Positions 1-9,825 of a DNA stretch of 64,000 bases are shown in pieces. Positions within the stretch are counted from its first letter, which is position 1. Each line of letters starts with the position of its first letter. A model generated the notes under the pieces. The model saw only the letters and a list, made by a program, of their open reading frames with translations, searched no databases and had not been told where the DNA came from. Both the position numbers and the translations under genes were made by a program. The DNA is from Azolla caroliniana (taxonomy: Eukaryota > Plantae > Polypodiophyta). Where the stretch lies: contig JBHGNT010000008.1 in the NCBI GenBank assembly GCA_043228905.1, positions 12,028,001-12,092,000 of the forward strand. The letters run 5' to 3'.

Positions 1-1
1 G

Positions 2-3000
2 ATTACAGCTATTGTCAAAGGGCACGAACTTCCCGGCACAGTAATCGATGGAGGTTCCGGGGTGAACGTAATAAGCCTCCGTACGTGTGATGCCTTGGGT
101 ATACATGAATGGGAGCCATGCCCGTTCTGGCTACGGATGGCGGATACGAGCTCGGTACGGCCGACGGGCTTAATACGGAAATTGGAAGTCACCATAGGAG
201 GCCACACATTTCACATCTCGGCTGTAGTGCTGCAGCTACAGGCGCAAGGCGCGTACCCACTGTTGCTGGGCAGACCATGGTTGAAAACTGCACACATCAA
301 GCAAAATTGGCGGAAAAATATGATCACCTTCCGGCGCGGAAAAGCCAAGGTCCGGGTTCCGACACAACCACGGACGAGCAACGGTAAGGAATGCACACCG
401 CTGTACGCGGAATGTGTGAACATGCTTGAAGGATTGGCAGACGACGAAGAAGCCCAGTACTTGGAGGAACATCCGAAGATCGTACCACTCTTCGAGATCG
501 ACATAGCTGAAGCCGTAGCCGCATACTTGCCGCAGCGGGACGACACCGAAGCCGAACCAGACAAAGATGCGATTCGGGAATTACGGCAAGCACAGGAAGC
601 GTTGGAACGGGAAATGGCCGTTTCCCAACGGGTAAAAGCATCCCAGCTCGACGAAGTAAACCTAGGAAGCAAGGACGAATCAAAGCCGGTACACATCGCC
701 AAAGAAATGAAGCCGGAAGATAAAGCGGCGATGATCAAACTTCTCACGGAGTTTCGCGACGTATTTGCCTGGTCATACGAAGACATGCGAGGGCTGGACC
801 CTCAATTATATCAGCATCAGATCCACTTAGGCAAGGACGCGAAACCAGTGGCGCAACGACGATACCGAATGAACCCCAACTACGCCGCCAAAGTAAAAGA
901 GGAAATCGATAAACTCCTAAGAGTGGGCTTCATCCGGCCGGTAAAGAAAGCGACGTGGCTGAGCCCCATCGTCGTCGTCCCCAAGAAGAACGGTAAAATC
1001 CGTGTGTGTGTAGATTACAGGAAACTAAATGCCGCCACAATTACGGATGCATTCCCTCTTCCGTTCACGGATGGAGTACTGGATGCCGTCGCCGGTCATG
1101 AAGTTTATAGCTTTCTAGACGGGTTCAGCGGGTACAATCAAATCCGGATGCACCCGGACGACCAGGAGAAGACAGCGTTCGTCACCGAATGGGGGGTGTT
1201 TGTGGCCGAAGTCATGATGTTCGGCCTAAAAACGGCACCAGCAACTTTCCAGCGAATCATCATGGAGATCTTCGGAGAATACATCCCTGCCTTCATGCAA
1301 GTTTTCCTGGATGATTTTGCAGTCTATAGCCGGGGAAAAGACCATTTGCAGCACCTACGGTTATGCCTTGAAAAGTGTAGGTTATACCGGCTAAGCTTAA
1401 ATCCAGCAAAATGCATCTTCGGGGTCTCAAGTGGAATATTGCTGGGACACATTGTAAGTAAGGAGGGCATTGCGGTCGACCCGGACAAAGTAAACGCCAT
1501 ACTAGGGGCACCGGCGCCGAAAACGGCCAAAGCACTAAGCCGATTCTTAGGACAGATCCGGTGGCACAGCCGGATGCTCCGTCACTTGGCTGACTTGGCT
1601 ACACCATTACACACCGCGGTACATCGGACACCGTTCCAATGGACGGATACGGAGGATAAGGCATACAATGCCCTGAAGGTACTTTTATCGCAAGCACCCG
1701 TCGTGCAGCCTCCGGATTGGAGCAAGGAATTTCACGTGTTCGTGGACGCGTCCGACATCGCTATTGGCAGCGCCTTAATGCAGCTTACGGAGCCCAAATG
1801 GTACCGGCCGATATATTACGCCAGCCGGAAGCTGTCCCAAGCGGAGAAGAACTATTCAACGACGGAACGGGAGGCCCTCGGCATGATCTACAGTGTCACA
1901 AAGTTTCGGCACTACCTATTGGGAAGGAAGTTCTCCTTTCATGTGGATCACTCGGCGCTTCTGTACTTAGTGTCCAAGGCGTCCCTGACCGGTAAGTTGG
2001 CCCGTTGGACCTTGCTGTTGCAGGAGTTCGAATTCGAGATTTTCCACCGGCCCGGTATCCAGCATGCCGTAGCAGACTACCTGAGCCGATTAGAGTCCGG
2101 AGAACCAGGCGACGGAGTAGCGGATGAATTCCCGGACGCGGAGTTATTCCGTATCACCCCGGAAACGGCAGCGGACGACACGGTGGCATCAGAAGATAAA
2201 TGGCTGACAAACATGCACCAGTTCCTAAGCATGGGCCTGCCACCGGAGGAAATGAACCGGGACGAGAGGAAACGACTGGCGGTGCAGAGCCGCAATTTCT
2301 GTCTGTTACGGGACACTCTCTACCACAAAGGAGCAGATGGAATATGGAGACGGGCAGTCCGTAGTGACGAGAAAGAAGTAATCTTACGGGAAGCACACTG
2401 TGGGGTTGCCGGAGGACACTATGCCGGGGAAGCGACGGCAAGAAAGGTATGGCAGAGCGGCTTATGGTGGCCCACGACGCTAAAAGATGCCGTCAGGTAT
2501 GCTAAGGAATGTGACCTATGCCAACGAATGGGCCAGCCTACGGAGCAAGCACGGATGCCACACCAACCGGTACTTCCACTAGAGCCATTCCAGAAGTGGG
2601 GATTGGATTTTGTCGGACCGTTCAAGCCACCGGCAATGAGAACGGGTAATCGTTATGTCATCGTGGCAACGGATTATTGCACGAAATGGGTGGAAGCTAA
2701 GGCCCTGAGAGACAACACCGCGTCATCCACAGCAAAATTCCTGTACGAGAACATTTGGTGCCGATATGGATGTCCGATTGAACTGATCAGCGACCAAGGA
2801 GGGCATTTCCTCGGCCAGGTAGTGGAAAGTTTAACAACGTTCTATGCCGTGGTCCATAAAAGAAGCACACCGTATTACCCACAGGCGAACGGGTTAGCAG
2901 AGTCCACCAACAAAACGCTGCAGAACATTCTCCGCAAAATTGTCAATGAAAACCGGACGGACTGGGACACAAAGCTCCATAGTGCGCTATGGGCGTACAG

Positions 3001-3628
3001 AACGGCATACAAAACGAGTATCCGGACAACGCCGTTCCGGTTAGCATTCGGCTTAGAAGCGGTCATGCCGGTCGAGTTTCAGGTACCAAGCTTACGGATC
3101 CAACTACGGGAACGGCTGAATGAAAAGAAGTCGGAGGAAATGCGGCTAGCAGCACTATGCGAACTGGAGGAGCAACGGCGGGCCAGCATCCTCCACATGG
3201 AACTGGAGCAACGACGACGGAAAGCGTTCGTTGACCGTCACCGGAAAGGTAACGAAAAGATGTTAGAAATCGGAAAGCCGGTGCTGGTATTCCAAACGAG
3301 GATGGGCAAAATGCCGGGTAAACTCCGGTTCAGATGGACAGGTCCGTATTGGCTGACAAGGGAATACAACGGGTCCTATCAGATAGGGACACTTGCCGGG
3401 GAAGTACTAGGCAAGTGGGTGAATGGATTTCGACTAAAGCCCTATAAAGGACCGATGCCAAAGAACCCGTTTATGCAGCTCACCGGCACTACACCAGGAA
3501 CCTGTCCGGGATCGGTACGGATCGATCCGGAAGAAAAAGACGACGGGGAACCCGTAGTAAACACGAAGGAAGACACGGCAACCCGTAAGGAAAACGGTCA
3601 GGGTCCGGAGGGACCTACGGATGTGTAA
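2..3628 (+). CDS. pol: Pol polyprotein (protease, RT, RNase H, integrase), 5'-partial
   Basis: Frame open from base 2. Motifs: VIDGGSG protease; VCVDYRKLN, LDGFSGYNQ and FLDD in RT; VDASD...EREAL...DH...ADYLSR RNase H; H-H-C-C zinc finger; GLDFVG...SDQG...AESTNK integrase; WTGPY. Confidence 0.95.
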   Translation: MTAIVKGHELPGTVIDGGSGVNVISLRTCDALGIHEWEPCPFWLRMADTSSVRPTGLIRKLEVTIGGHTFHISAVVLQLQAQGAYPLLLGRPWLKTAHIKQNWRKNMITFRRGKAKVRVPTQPRTSNGKECTPLYAECVNMLEGLADDEEAQYLEEHPKIVPLFEIDIAEAVAAYLPQRDDTEAEPDKDAIRELRQAQEALEREMAVSQRVKASQLDEVNLGSKDESKPVHIAKEMKPEDKAAMIKLLTEFRDVFAWSYEDMRGLDPQLYQHQIHLGKDAKPVAQRRYRMNPNYAAKVKEEIDKLLRVGFIRPVKKATWLSPIVVVPKKNGKIRVCVDYRKLNAATITDAFPLPFTDGVLDAVAGHEVYSFLDGFSGYNQIRMHPDDQEKTAFVTEWGVFVAEVMMFGLKTAPATFQRIIMEIFGEYIPAFMQVFLDDFAVYSRGKDHLQHLRLCLEKCRLYRLSLNPAKCIFGVSSGILLGHIVSKEGIAVDPDKVNAILGAPAPKTAKALSRFLGQIRWHSRMLRHLADLATPLHTAVHRTPFQWTDTEDKAYNALKVLLSQAPVVQPPDWSKEFHVFVDASDIAIGSALMQLTEPKWYRPIYYASRKLSQAEKNYSTTEREALGMIYSVTKFRHYLLGRKFSFHVDHSALLYLVSKASLTGKLARWTLLLQEFEFEIFHRPGIQHAVADYLSRLESGEPGDGVADEFPDAELFRITPETAADDTVASEDKWLTNMHQFLSMGLPPEEMNRDERKRLAVQSRNFCLLRDTLYHKGADGIWRRAVRSDEKEVILREAHCGVAGGHYAGEATARKVWQSGLWWPTTLKDAVRYAKECDLCQRMGQPTEQARMPHQPVLPLEPFQKWGLDFVGPFKPPAMRTGNRYVIVATDYCTKWVEAKALRDNTASSTAKFLYENIWCRYGCPIELISDQGGHFLGQVVESLTTFYAVVHKRSTPYYPQANGLAESTNKTLQNILRKIVNENRTDWDTKLHSALWAYRTAYKTSIRTTPFRLAFGLEAVMPVEFQVPSLRIQLRERLNEKKSEEMRLAALCELEEQRRASILHMELEQRRRKAFVDRHRKGNEKMLEIGKPVLVFQTRMGKMPGKLRFRWTGPYWLTREYNGSYQIGTLAGEVLGKWVNGFRLKPYKGPMPKNPFMQLTGTTPGTCPGSVRIDPEEKDDGEPVVNTKEDTATRKENGQGPEGPTDV

Positions 3629-4032
3629 GGTCACACACCGTCATTAAAAATTTAAAAAAAATAAAAAATAAAAAAAAAAATAAAAAAATAAAAAAAAAAA
3701 TCAAATCATTAAAAATCGAGGTATGAACGGGTGTGAAAGCGAGGCGCGAAAAGGTACGTAGTGGGCATTTAAGAGACGCCACGCCACTTAATACTAAATT
3801 AGTACACGACGTGTGCATGCTCGAAAAAGGCGCCAAAACGCACAAAGAAGAAACAGAGCGCATGGAGACCTTCTATTTTCGCGAGCCAAGAAGCACAGAA
3901 GCACCAAGGCAGTGGAAGCTGAGCAAACGCGAACCTGCACGCAGAGAACCCCCGCGCTCAGAACGCTCTCTCTCTCGCTCTCACCCTCATCACCACTCTA
4001 CCTCGCCATCGTCCCTCGACCTTGAAGCAGAC

Positions 4033-6708
4033 ATGGAACCACAAACGCTGTCGGAAGCGGCCAGGAAATGGTTCAGGCAAAACGGACTGGAGGGGTTCTT
4101 GGCCATCATGGAGGCACCGCCGCACAGAGAAGCAGACCGGGTCATCAAGGAGCTCGCCACAGAGGTCATCACCGAGGAAGCGATCCGCGCGCTAACAGGC
4201 CTTCCGGAGGGAGGAATCTTTCAGATCGATAACCCAACCTCGGAGCAACTCACCCGATATTTCGGTGAGTACTCTGTTGCCGGCAAAGGCTATCGGACGC
4301 AGGGCGGCGAAGATCCGCTATTCAGGGAGATAGCTCGAGTGCTCCACGAGTACGGTCACGTGTACCCCCGACCCCCTGTCATGCCAAAAAATCGGGCAGG
4401 GATGATCATAGCCACCTATGAAGGGGTCAAGGTGGACTGGCCGGTGTTGATTGCAGACGGGTTGTGCATGGCAATCGACATGGTACGAGGGAAGGACGGC
4501 AAGGAGGGCCGGAAGCTGTGGCACGCCGTAGCTCAATGGATCACATTGCTCGTGCCGCCGGTCGAGACCGCCCAGCCAAAGAAGCGGCCAAGAGTATCGG
4601 AAGGAAGCACCTCGAAGCCGGCGTCCAAACGACAGCAGCTGCTGGCGTCGAAGACGACGAAAGGGAAGAAACGGGTCCCAGAACCGGAGGAGGTGTCACC
4701 GGTCCGACCCGTCAAGATAACCTTACGGAGACCGGGACAGAAGGAACCGGAACCCTTGACGGCACAGAAACATGCCGTGGCACAGGAAGAGGAAACGGAG
4801 GAGCCGGAAGAGCACCTCCAACGACGGCCAAGAAGTAGGACCGCCGCGACAGGAGGGGAGCGGTCGTACCCGCGAGAGGCAGAAACGCCCCCAACTCAAC
4901 CTGAGCAAGCCACAAGGGAAGAACCGGAACCGGTGCGCAGGGAACCGGTCTTTTCGACTTCTATAGAAGAAGTCAGTCCAACGGCTCCGGAGACGGCGAG
5001 AACCGGAACTCAACAGCCGGCGAGCCCAGACAGAGCACACGGCGGCCAAGGAGCAGAACCAGAACGGCATATGCAGGCACTCAGGCCAGACAATTCCACA
5101 GGGAATGAGCCGACCCGACCAGTACAGCAACAAGGCACCAGTAGCATGTGGCTACGGTGGGTAGGCGAGCAAATCGCCGGAGCGGTCGAGTATATAGAGG
5201 CGGAAGAGAGAGCGCACCAGGAACGGTTGCTAGTCACAACCGTAGATCTAGAGACGGCCCGGTCCAGAATCCGGAGCCTTGAACAAGACTTGGACAGGGT
5301 CACAAGGGAAACACAAGTCCAAGCACTGGTGACTCCGGGCAATGTACAGAATAAAGAGGATCAACCTGTACATAGCAATCAGACCCCGGCAACGGAAACC
5401 GTTCCGGAGAAAAATGCGGCACAAGCCCAAGAGCTTGCGGATTTAAAGGATGAGCTTGCTGCCCAAGAAGCGCTGAGGAGCCGCGAAAGAGAACTGAAGA
5501 CGGCAGCGGAGGCAGAACTCAAAAAGACTGCTGAGAATCTACGCCGGGCCGAGGAGAGCTTACGGAAAGGCCACCAAGCGTACGACCGGCTCAAGGAGGA
5601 GAAGGAGAAAATGCTGCAAGAGAAGGAGAAACTCCGGAGGAACGCCGAAACAGAAGTAGAGCGCCTGAAAGAGGAACTCCGGCAGGTAAAGGACCGGGAG
5701 GACCGGAACCATCGCCAGACCAACGGCAAGCTCAAACTAAAAACAGAGGAATTTGAGAACTTGCACCGGGAGTATAAACGGTTGCAAACGGAGCACAAGG
5801 AACGGATGGATGAGCTCCGGCAAGCAGTTGATCGGACCGCAACCGCATTCGCCAAGGAACAAGCGGAAAACAGAAAACGGGTGGAAGAGGCGGAGAAGGT
5901 TCGGACAGAGCTCCTCAGACAACAGCAGGCGGAAAAAGAAAGAGCGGCGGAGGTGCTGCAGAGGCTGCAAACGACATATCAAGGGCAGCTGACGCGCTAC
6001 CGAGAGCAGGCGGAGGATACGGCAAACCTCATCAAGCAGTTGAAGGAGGAGCGACAAGTGGTGGAAAGCAGAGCACAGATGGGAGCAAGTCGCATCCAAG
6101 ATATAATGCGGGCCTGGTTGAACCAGACCAAGAGCTTGATTGACAACAGTTCCGTCAAATGGTGGACCAAGTGGGCCACGAACGCGGCGGAACTCCAATT
6201 GCTCCGGGCTGACGTAGAGAACCGGCGGAAGGAGGGAGATGATTGCTATATGCTGACTTCCGAAGACTTCACCGGCATAAGAGATGAGCTGGCCGAAGAC
6301 TTTCAAGCCTTGGCAGAAGACCAATCAGAGCAAGTCCGGCAACTTGTAGCTCAGCTGGACGACGACAGGCTGGAGGCGCAGATCCAGTTTGAAAGCTACG
6401 AGAGGTCCCGGATCCGGGGAGAGAAAGAACGAGAACCAGTTACGGTCAACCTCAGTGATGAGGAACCGTTACTGGAAGGAGACCGGACCGGAAGCAGTCA
6501 AACGGAGATGCCAGAGTCAGAGAGACAAACGGAGCAGCCGGAGTCAGCGAAACAAACGGAGCAGCAGCAGGAAGCAGAGCAGCCGGAGCAACCTCAGTCC
6601 CAACCGCAACCACAGCAGCAGCAGCAAGCACAGCCGCAACAACCACAACCGAAAGAGCAAGCGGAAATTCTTGAACCAAGTATTTTGGACAATTTGGGTG
6701 AACAATGA
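4033..6708 (+). CDS. Accessory ORF3 (~891 aa): N-terminal plant-transposon/PMD-like domain, disordered linker, long coiled coil, Q-rich tail
   Basis: Long intact ORF between pol and the 3' LTR. Start set at ATG 4033 (MEPQTLSE) because the copy 3 homolog begins MELMALSE at 39791. Homologs in copies 2 and 3. Confidence 0.8.
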   Translation: MEPQTLSEAARKWFRQNGLEGFLAIMEAPPHREADRVIKELATEVITEEAIRALTGLPEGGIFQIDNPTSEQLTRYFGEYSVAGKGYRTQGGEDPLFREIARVLHEYGHVYPRPPVMPKNRAGMIIATYEGVKVDWPVLIADGLCMAIDMVRGKDGKEGRKLWHAVAQWITLLVPPVETAQPKKRPRVSEGSTSKPASKRQQLLASKTTKGKKRVPEPEEVSPVRPVKITLRRPGQKEPEPLTAQKHAVAQEEETEEPEEHLQRRPRSRTAATGGERSYPREAETPPTQPEQATREEPEPVRREPVFSTSIEEVSPTAPETARTGTQQPASPDRAHGGQGAEPERHMQALRPDNSTGNEPTRPVQQQGTSSMWLRWVGEQIAGAVEYIEAEERAHQERLLVTTVDLETARSRIRSLEQDLDRVTRETQVQALVTPGNVQNKEDQPVHSNQTPATETVPEKNAAQAQELADLKDELAAQEALRSRERELKTAAEAELKKTAENLRRAEESLRKGHQAYDRLKEEKEKMLQEKEKLRRNAETEVERLKEELRQVKDREDRNHRQTNGKLKLKTEEFENLHREYKRLQTEHKERMDELRQAVDRTATAFAKEQAENRKRVEEAEKVRTELLRQQQAEKERAAEVLQRLQTTYQGQLTRYREQAEDTANLIKQLKEERQVVESRAQMGASRIQDIMRAWLNQTKSLIDNSSVKWWTKWATNAAELQLLRADVENRRKEGDDCYMLTSEDFTGIRDELAEDFQALAEDQSEQVRQLVAQLDDDRLEAQIQFESYERSRIRGEKEREPVTVNLSDEEPLLEGDRTGSSQTEMPESERQTEQPESAKQTEQQQEAEQPEQPQSQPQPQQQQQAQPQQPQPKEQAEILEPSILDNLGEQ

Positions 6709-6720
6709 AGGGGCCGAGAA

Positions 6721-6758
6721 GGGTTCGACGTACAAGGTACTGTCCCACGGGCGTGCCA
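6721..6758 (+). other. tRNA-Arg 3'-half-like motif at the PPT position (reverse-strand PBS)
   Basis: GGGTTCGA-CGTACAAGGTACT-GTCCCACGGGCGTGCCA, then TG, then the LTR. Its reverse complement starts TGGCACGCCC, as does the family PBS at 45608. Confidence 0.85.
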
Positions 6759-6760
6759 TG

Positions 6761-7170
6761 TGTTACCGGCCGGCAAGGAGTCCAAAATACGGAATTAATT
6801 AGATGGTTGTAAATGAGCATAGTGTGGACGGACGGACTGGAAACGGTATGCCGTTCCAGATCCGGACGGATCCCGAATAGGTGCGAGAGACACCGTTTTG
6901 TAATACGGGCCGGAAACCTATTTAAAGGCCCGGACCCAATTGTAATGACAGCGGATAATTAATAGAGATTATGATGTTTATACTTCTGTCTTGATTTCCG
7001 TTCTGTAATCATTGTTATATCTTACGCGTGTAATTAACCTAAGCAATCTAATCGTGTAAACTACGTAAGTCGGTGTAATCGTTGGATCTTAATCCTATGC
7101 CGTAATCACCCTTTGGTGAAGTGTCTCCGTGACACCTTGTGTTAGGCCTTGTCCGGCTAAGCGAATAACA
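6761..7170 (+). repeat. 3' LTR of A1 (410 bp)
   Basis: TGTTA...TAACA termini, TATTTAAA box near 6920, homologous to 27303-27735 and 41878-43023. Confidence 0.88.
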
Positions 7171-9033
7171 CAAGAAATGTTTGTGTACGAGTGCAAGAAA
7201 TGATGATGCGATGGAGGAATGCATGAATGGCAACAATGGTTGTGCGAGGTTGCGATTAGTGTCAATGAGCGGGTTTCCGATGCGGTTAGCGACAATGTGC
7301 GTGTTTTTGAAAGCGTGGTGCAAGATGCACGGCTGTACAAACTGCGATGCAGTGGGAACCGGTGCTAGCACGACCGGAAAGAGAAGCCCACCAGGAGACT
7401 GCAGAGAAAGTCGCAGTGTGTGGAGCGGAGACCGGCAGGATGTGCTGAGAATGCACGAGAGGTGGTTCTAAAAGAAGCAACACAGAGAGTCGGAACCGGA
7501 ATCGGAACCAGAACCGGAGCCGGTTAACACCGAAGGGCCGAAGAAGAAGGAGGAGATGCAGATGCAAACCAGATATCAACCAATAGCGCTGGAAAGATAC
7601 GGACGGATGCACTAGACAAAGGTGACCAAAAAGACACAAGACACGGTAGGATGGGTCAAATGGGCCGAACAGGCGACCACACAGACGGATAGACCAGACA
7701 CACGATTGGAAGACAGTGGGACGACGGCCGGACAGAGCCGAAGAGCGACAGAGATGATATCCGAAATGCACAGCCACGACAATGGCAACAGCCAAACGAT
7801 GGGACATGGACACCGAAAAGCGACGGAGCCGACGACGAGGACAGAGCCGCCGAAAAGCGAAGGAGACGATGACAACGACGAACAACAATTCGAGCGGTCG
7901 GATAGGCCGGAGAGTGACCGAACATGAGCAATCGGAGCGGCCCGAGAAGCGACTGGACAACAACCAGAACAGCGACACCGCCGAAAAGCAACAAGAATGG
8001 CCGGAGAACCGACGGCTAGAACGGCGATGACGTTGAAACGACGGGCCGGACAGACAATAACGGCCCGATTTGACTGACTGACCGGACGGAGTCGGAGACA
8101 CAGACAAACAGCCGAGAACGGACGGGCCGAACATCAACGATTGGAGCGGCAGGATGATGCGGTAGCAGGTGTAAGGACCGGACAGAGACGGACAACCACG
8201 GTTGGGCAACGGAAATGACGGCGGCAGCACAAAGAAGGAGATGACGTGCAAGCAAAGGGAGAGTGATGGTCGTGTTTCCTCCCTACCCCGAAACACCAAA
8301 ATAGAATAGGAAGAAGTGGAAGAAACAAAGGAAGAAAGAGAGAAGATTTGCAGAAGACATCAAACAAGAAGAACTCGCAAAGAAAGAAAGAAGAGAAACG
8401 ATGAAACAAAGAGGAAAGAGAAGCACCATTAGCAGTGGAAGAACAGAGAAAAGGAAATGAAAGACAAGAAGAACAGAAGATGCAGCAGTTAACACCAAGA
8501 AGAAGGAAGCACGCAAGAGTAGAAGACTAGAGAAGACGCAAAATGTAAGGGGGAAAAAAAATAATGTAAGAAAATGAGTAGAAGACAAACAGAAAAATGG
8601 AAAAAATGACCTAAAAGTAAAAGTGAAATTATAGATGAAATCGAAAAACAAGAGAGAGGAAAAAAGAGAAGAGAGGGGCATTTGTGAGATTTTAAAAACT
8701 TGAGGTTAGCAAATGAAATTTCAAAACCGTGAGGGTACAGAACGAAATTTTAGAAATTTGAGGGTATAATACATCATTTTAAAAACTCATCAACTTGAAT
8801 GAAATCAATGTAATTGAATCACGATAACTCACAAAATAGAAAGAAGAACACACAAACACACAATGTTATTTTAGACCCATGACAAAGTTCGTAAGCCGAC
8901 AGAACGAGAATGTTGTGTCGCGGAAAGATTTGTTGACCGACAAAGATGTTCGAGTCAAGCACTCCGATTGAGGGAGTCGATCGTTGAAAGGACCGATGGA
9001 AGTTCCGGTCGAAGAAATATCATCATCAAGGCA

Positions 9034-9074
9034 TGTGGGATCGACGTGCAAGGCACTCTCCCACGGGCATGCCA
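9034..9074 (+). other. tRNA-Arg-like motif, variant with a compensatory hairpin change
   Basis: TGTGGGATCGA-CGTGCAAGGCACT-CTCCCACGGGCATGCCA. Confidence 0.8.
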
Positions 9075-9079
9075 TATTG

Positions 9080-9602
9080 TGTTACCCCGTACGAGATGTA
9101 CGGAGAGTCAATGTGATGAGCGAGGGTCGAATGTTATCATGATGTTGTTGTGTATGTGTAGGGGACATAAATGTAATTGTGAGTCTATACGTATGTGAAC
9201 ACATGCACACGTGTGTGCATGTGGATGGATACGAGGAGGTGTGAGTGAGTGTCCAGTATGAATGCTCGAGGGGGCTTACACCCCTATGTATCTACCCCCT
9301 CTTGTACTATTTAACCCCCTATGGGGAATGAATGAAACATGAATAACCATTTCTCTCTCTCTCAATCTCTCTCTTGTCATCTCTCTCTTCTATCTCCCCT
9401 TACGTTGAACCCCCTTGGGAGGGGGGTGGAGCCATTCTAGGCACCACCCCCCACCCCGCAATGCTTCTCAATGCACATCATGCTATCACCCACAATGATT
9501 CTTATCGCCATCATCATTTCCATCTTCATCACTATCAATGTCATAATCAATCTCTCAATGCTTATCACCAATCATCATAAATGTTAAACCCTAAAACTGA
9601 CA
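9080..9602 (+). repeat. Putative LTR of element D
   Basis: Starts TGTTAC, has CTATTTAA near 9307 followed by a CT-rich tract, and ends ...CTGACA where family B gag-like sequence begins. Right end approximate. Confidence 0.55.
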
Positions 9603-9825
9603 ACAAAAAGATCGTGGAAGAGGAAGATGCAAGGCATGTAGAAGCCATGCACTATGCCGCATTGGCCGGGATACGAGTTGGAAGAGAGAATCTAAAGACG
9701 ATGTTGGGTTTTGGCCAACGGTATTTGAGTGCGAAAAGAAAGGCGAAATCAATTTGAAGGATCTACAACTTGCTGATCTGAATGTGCGATGAGTTACCGG
9801 ATGGTCGGATCCAGTCGATGATAAC

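Larger units (their letters stand above)
1..7170 (+). mobile_element. Ty3/gypsy non-chromovirus LTR retrotransposon, family A copy 1 (5' part outside window, apparently young)
   Basis: Intact PR-RT-RH-INT ORF, intact extra ORF, and a 3' LTR with TGTTA...TAACA ends. No chromodomain and no additional Tat-type RNase H seen. Confidence 0.93.
7171..9602 (+). mobile_element. 3' remnant of an A-related element (D): non-coding internal region, tRNA-like motif and LTR
   Basis: The same tRNA-like motif at 9034-9074 is followed by TGTTAC. No recognisable coding domain. Assigning 7171-9030 to this element is uncertain. Confidence 0.5.

Noticed and set aside
3733-4032. N-terminal 100 aa of the 991-aa ORF call
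   Set aside because: GTG start and not open in copy 3; homology begins at ATG 4033.
6706-6723. Purine-rich run GAAGGGGCCGAGAAGGG as the true PPT
   Set aside because: About 38 nt from the LTR start and poorly conserved in A2, A3 and D. Kept only as the alternative that would refute the main finding.
7171-7195. Possible decayed PBS after the A1 LTR (CAAGAAATGTTTG resembles the A5 spacer), implying a tandem element
   Set aside because: No TGGCACG match and no gag follows.
7286-8299. 337-aa minus-strand ORF
   Set aside because: Low-complexity S/R/L/V product of a purine-skewed region, with no domain motifs.
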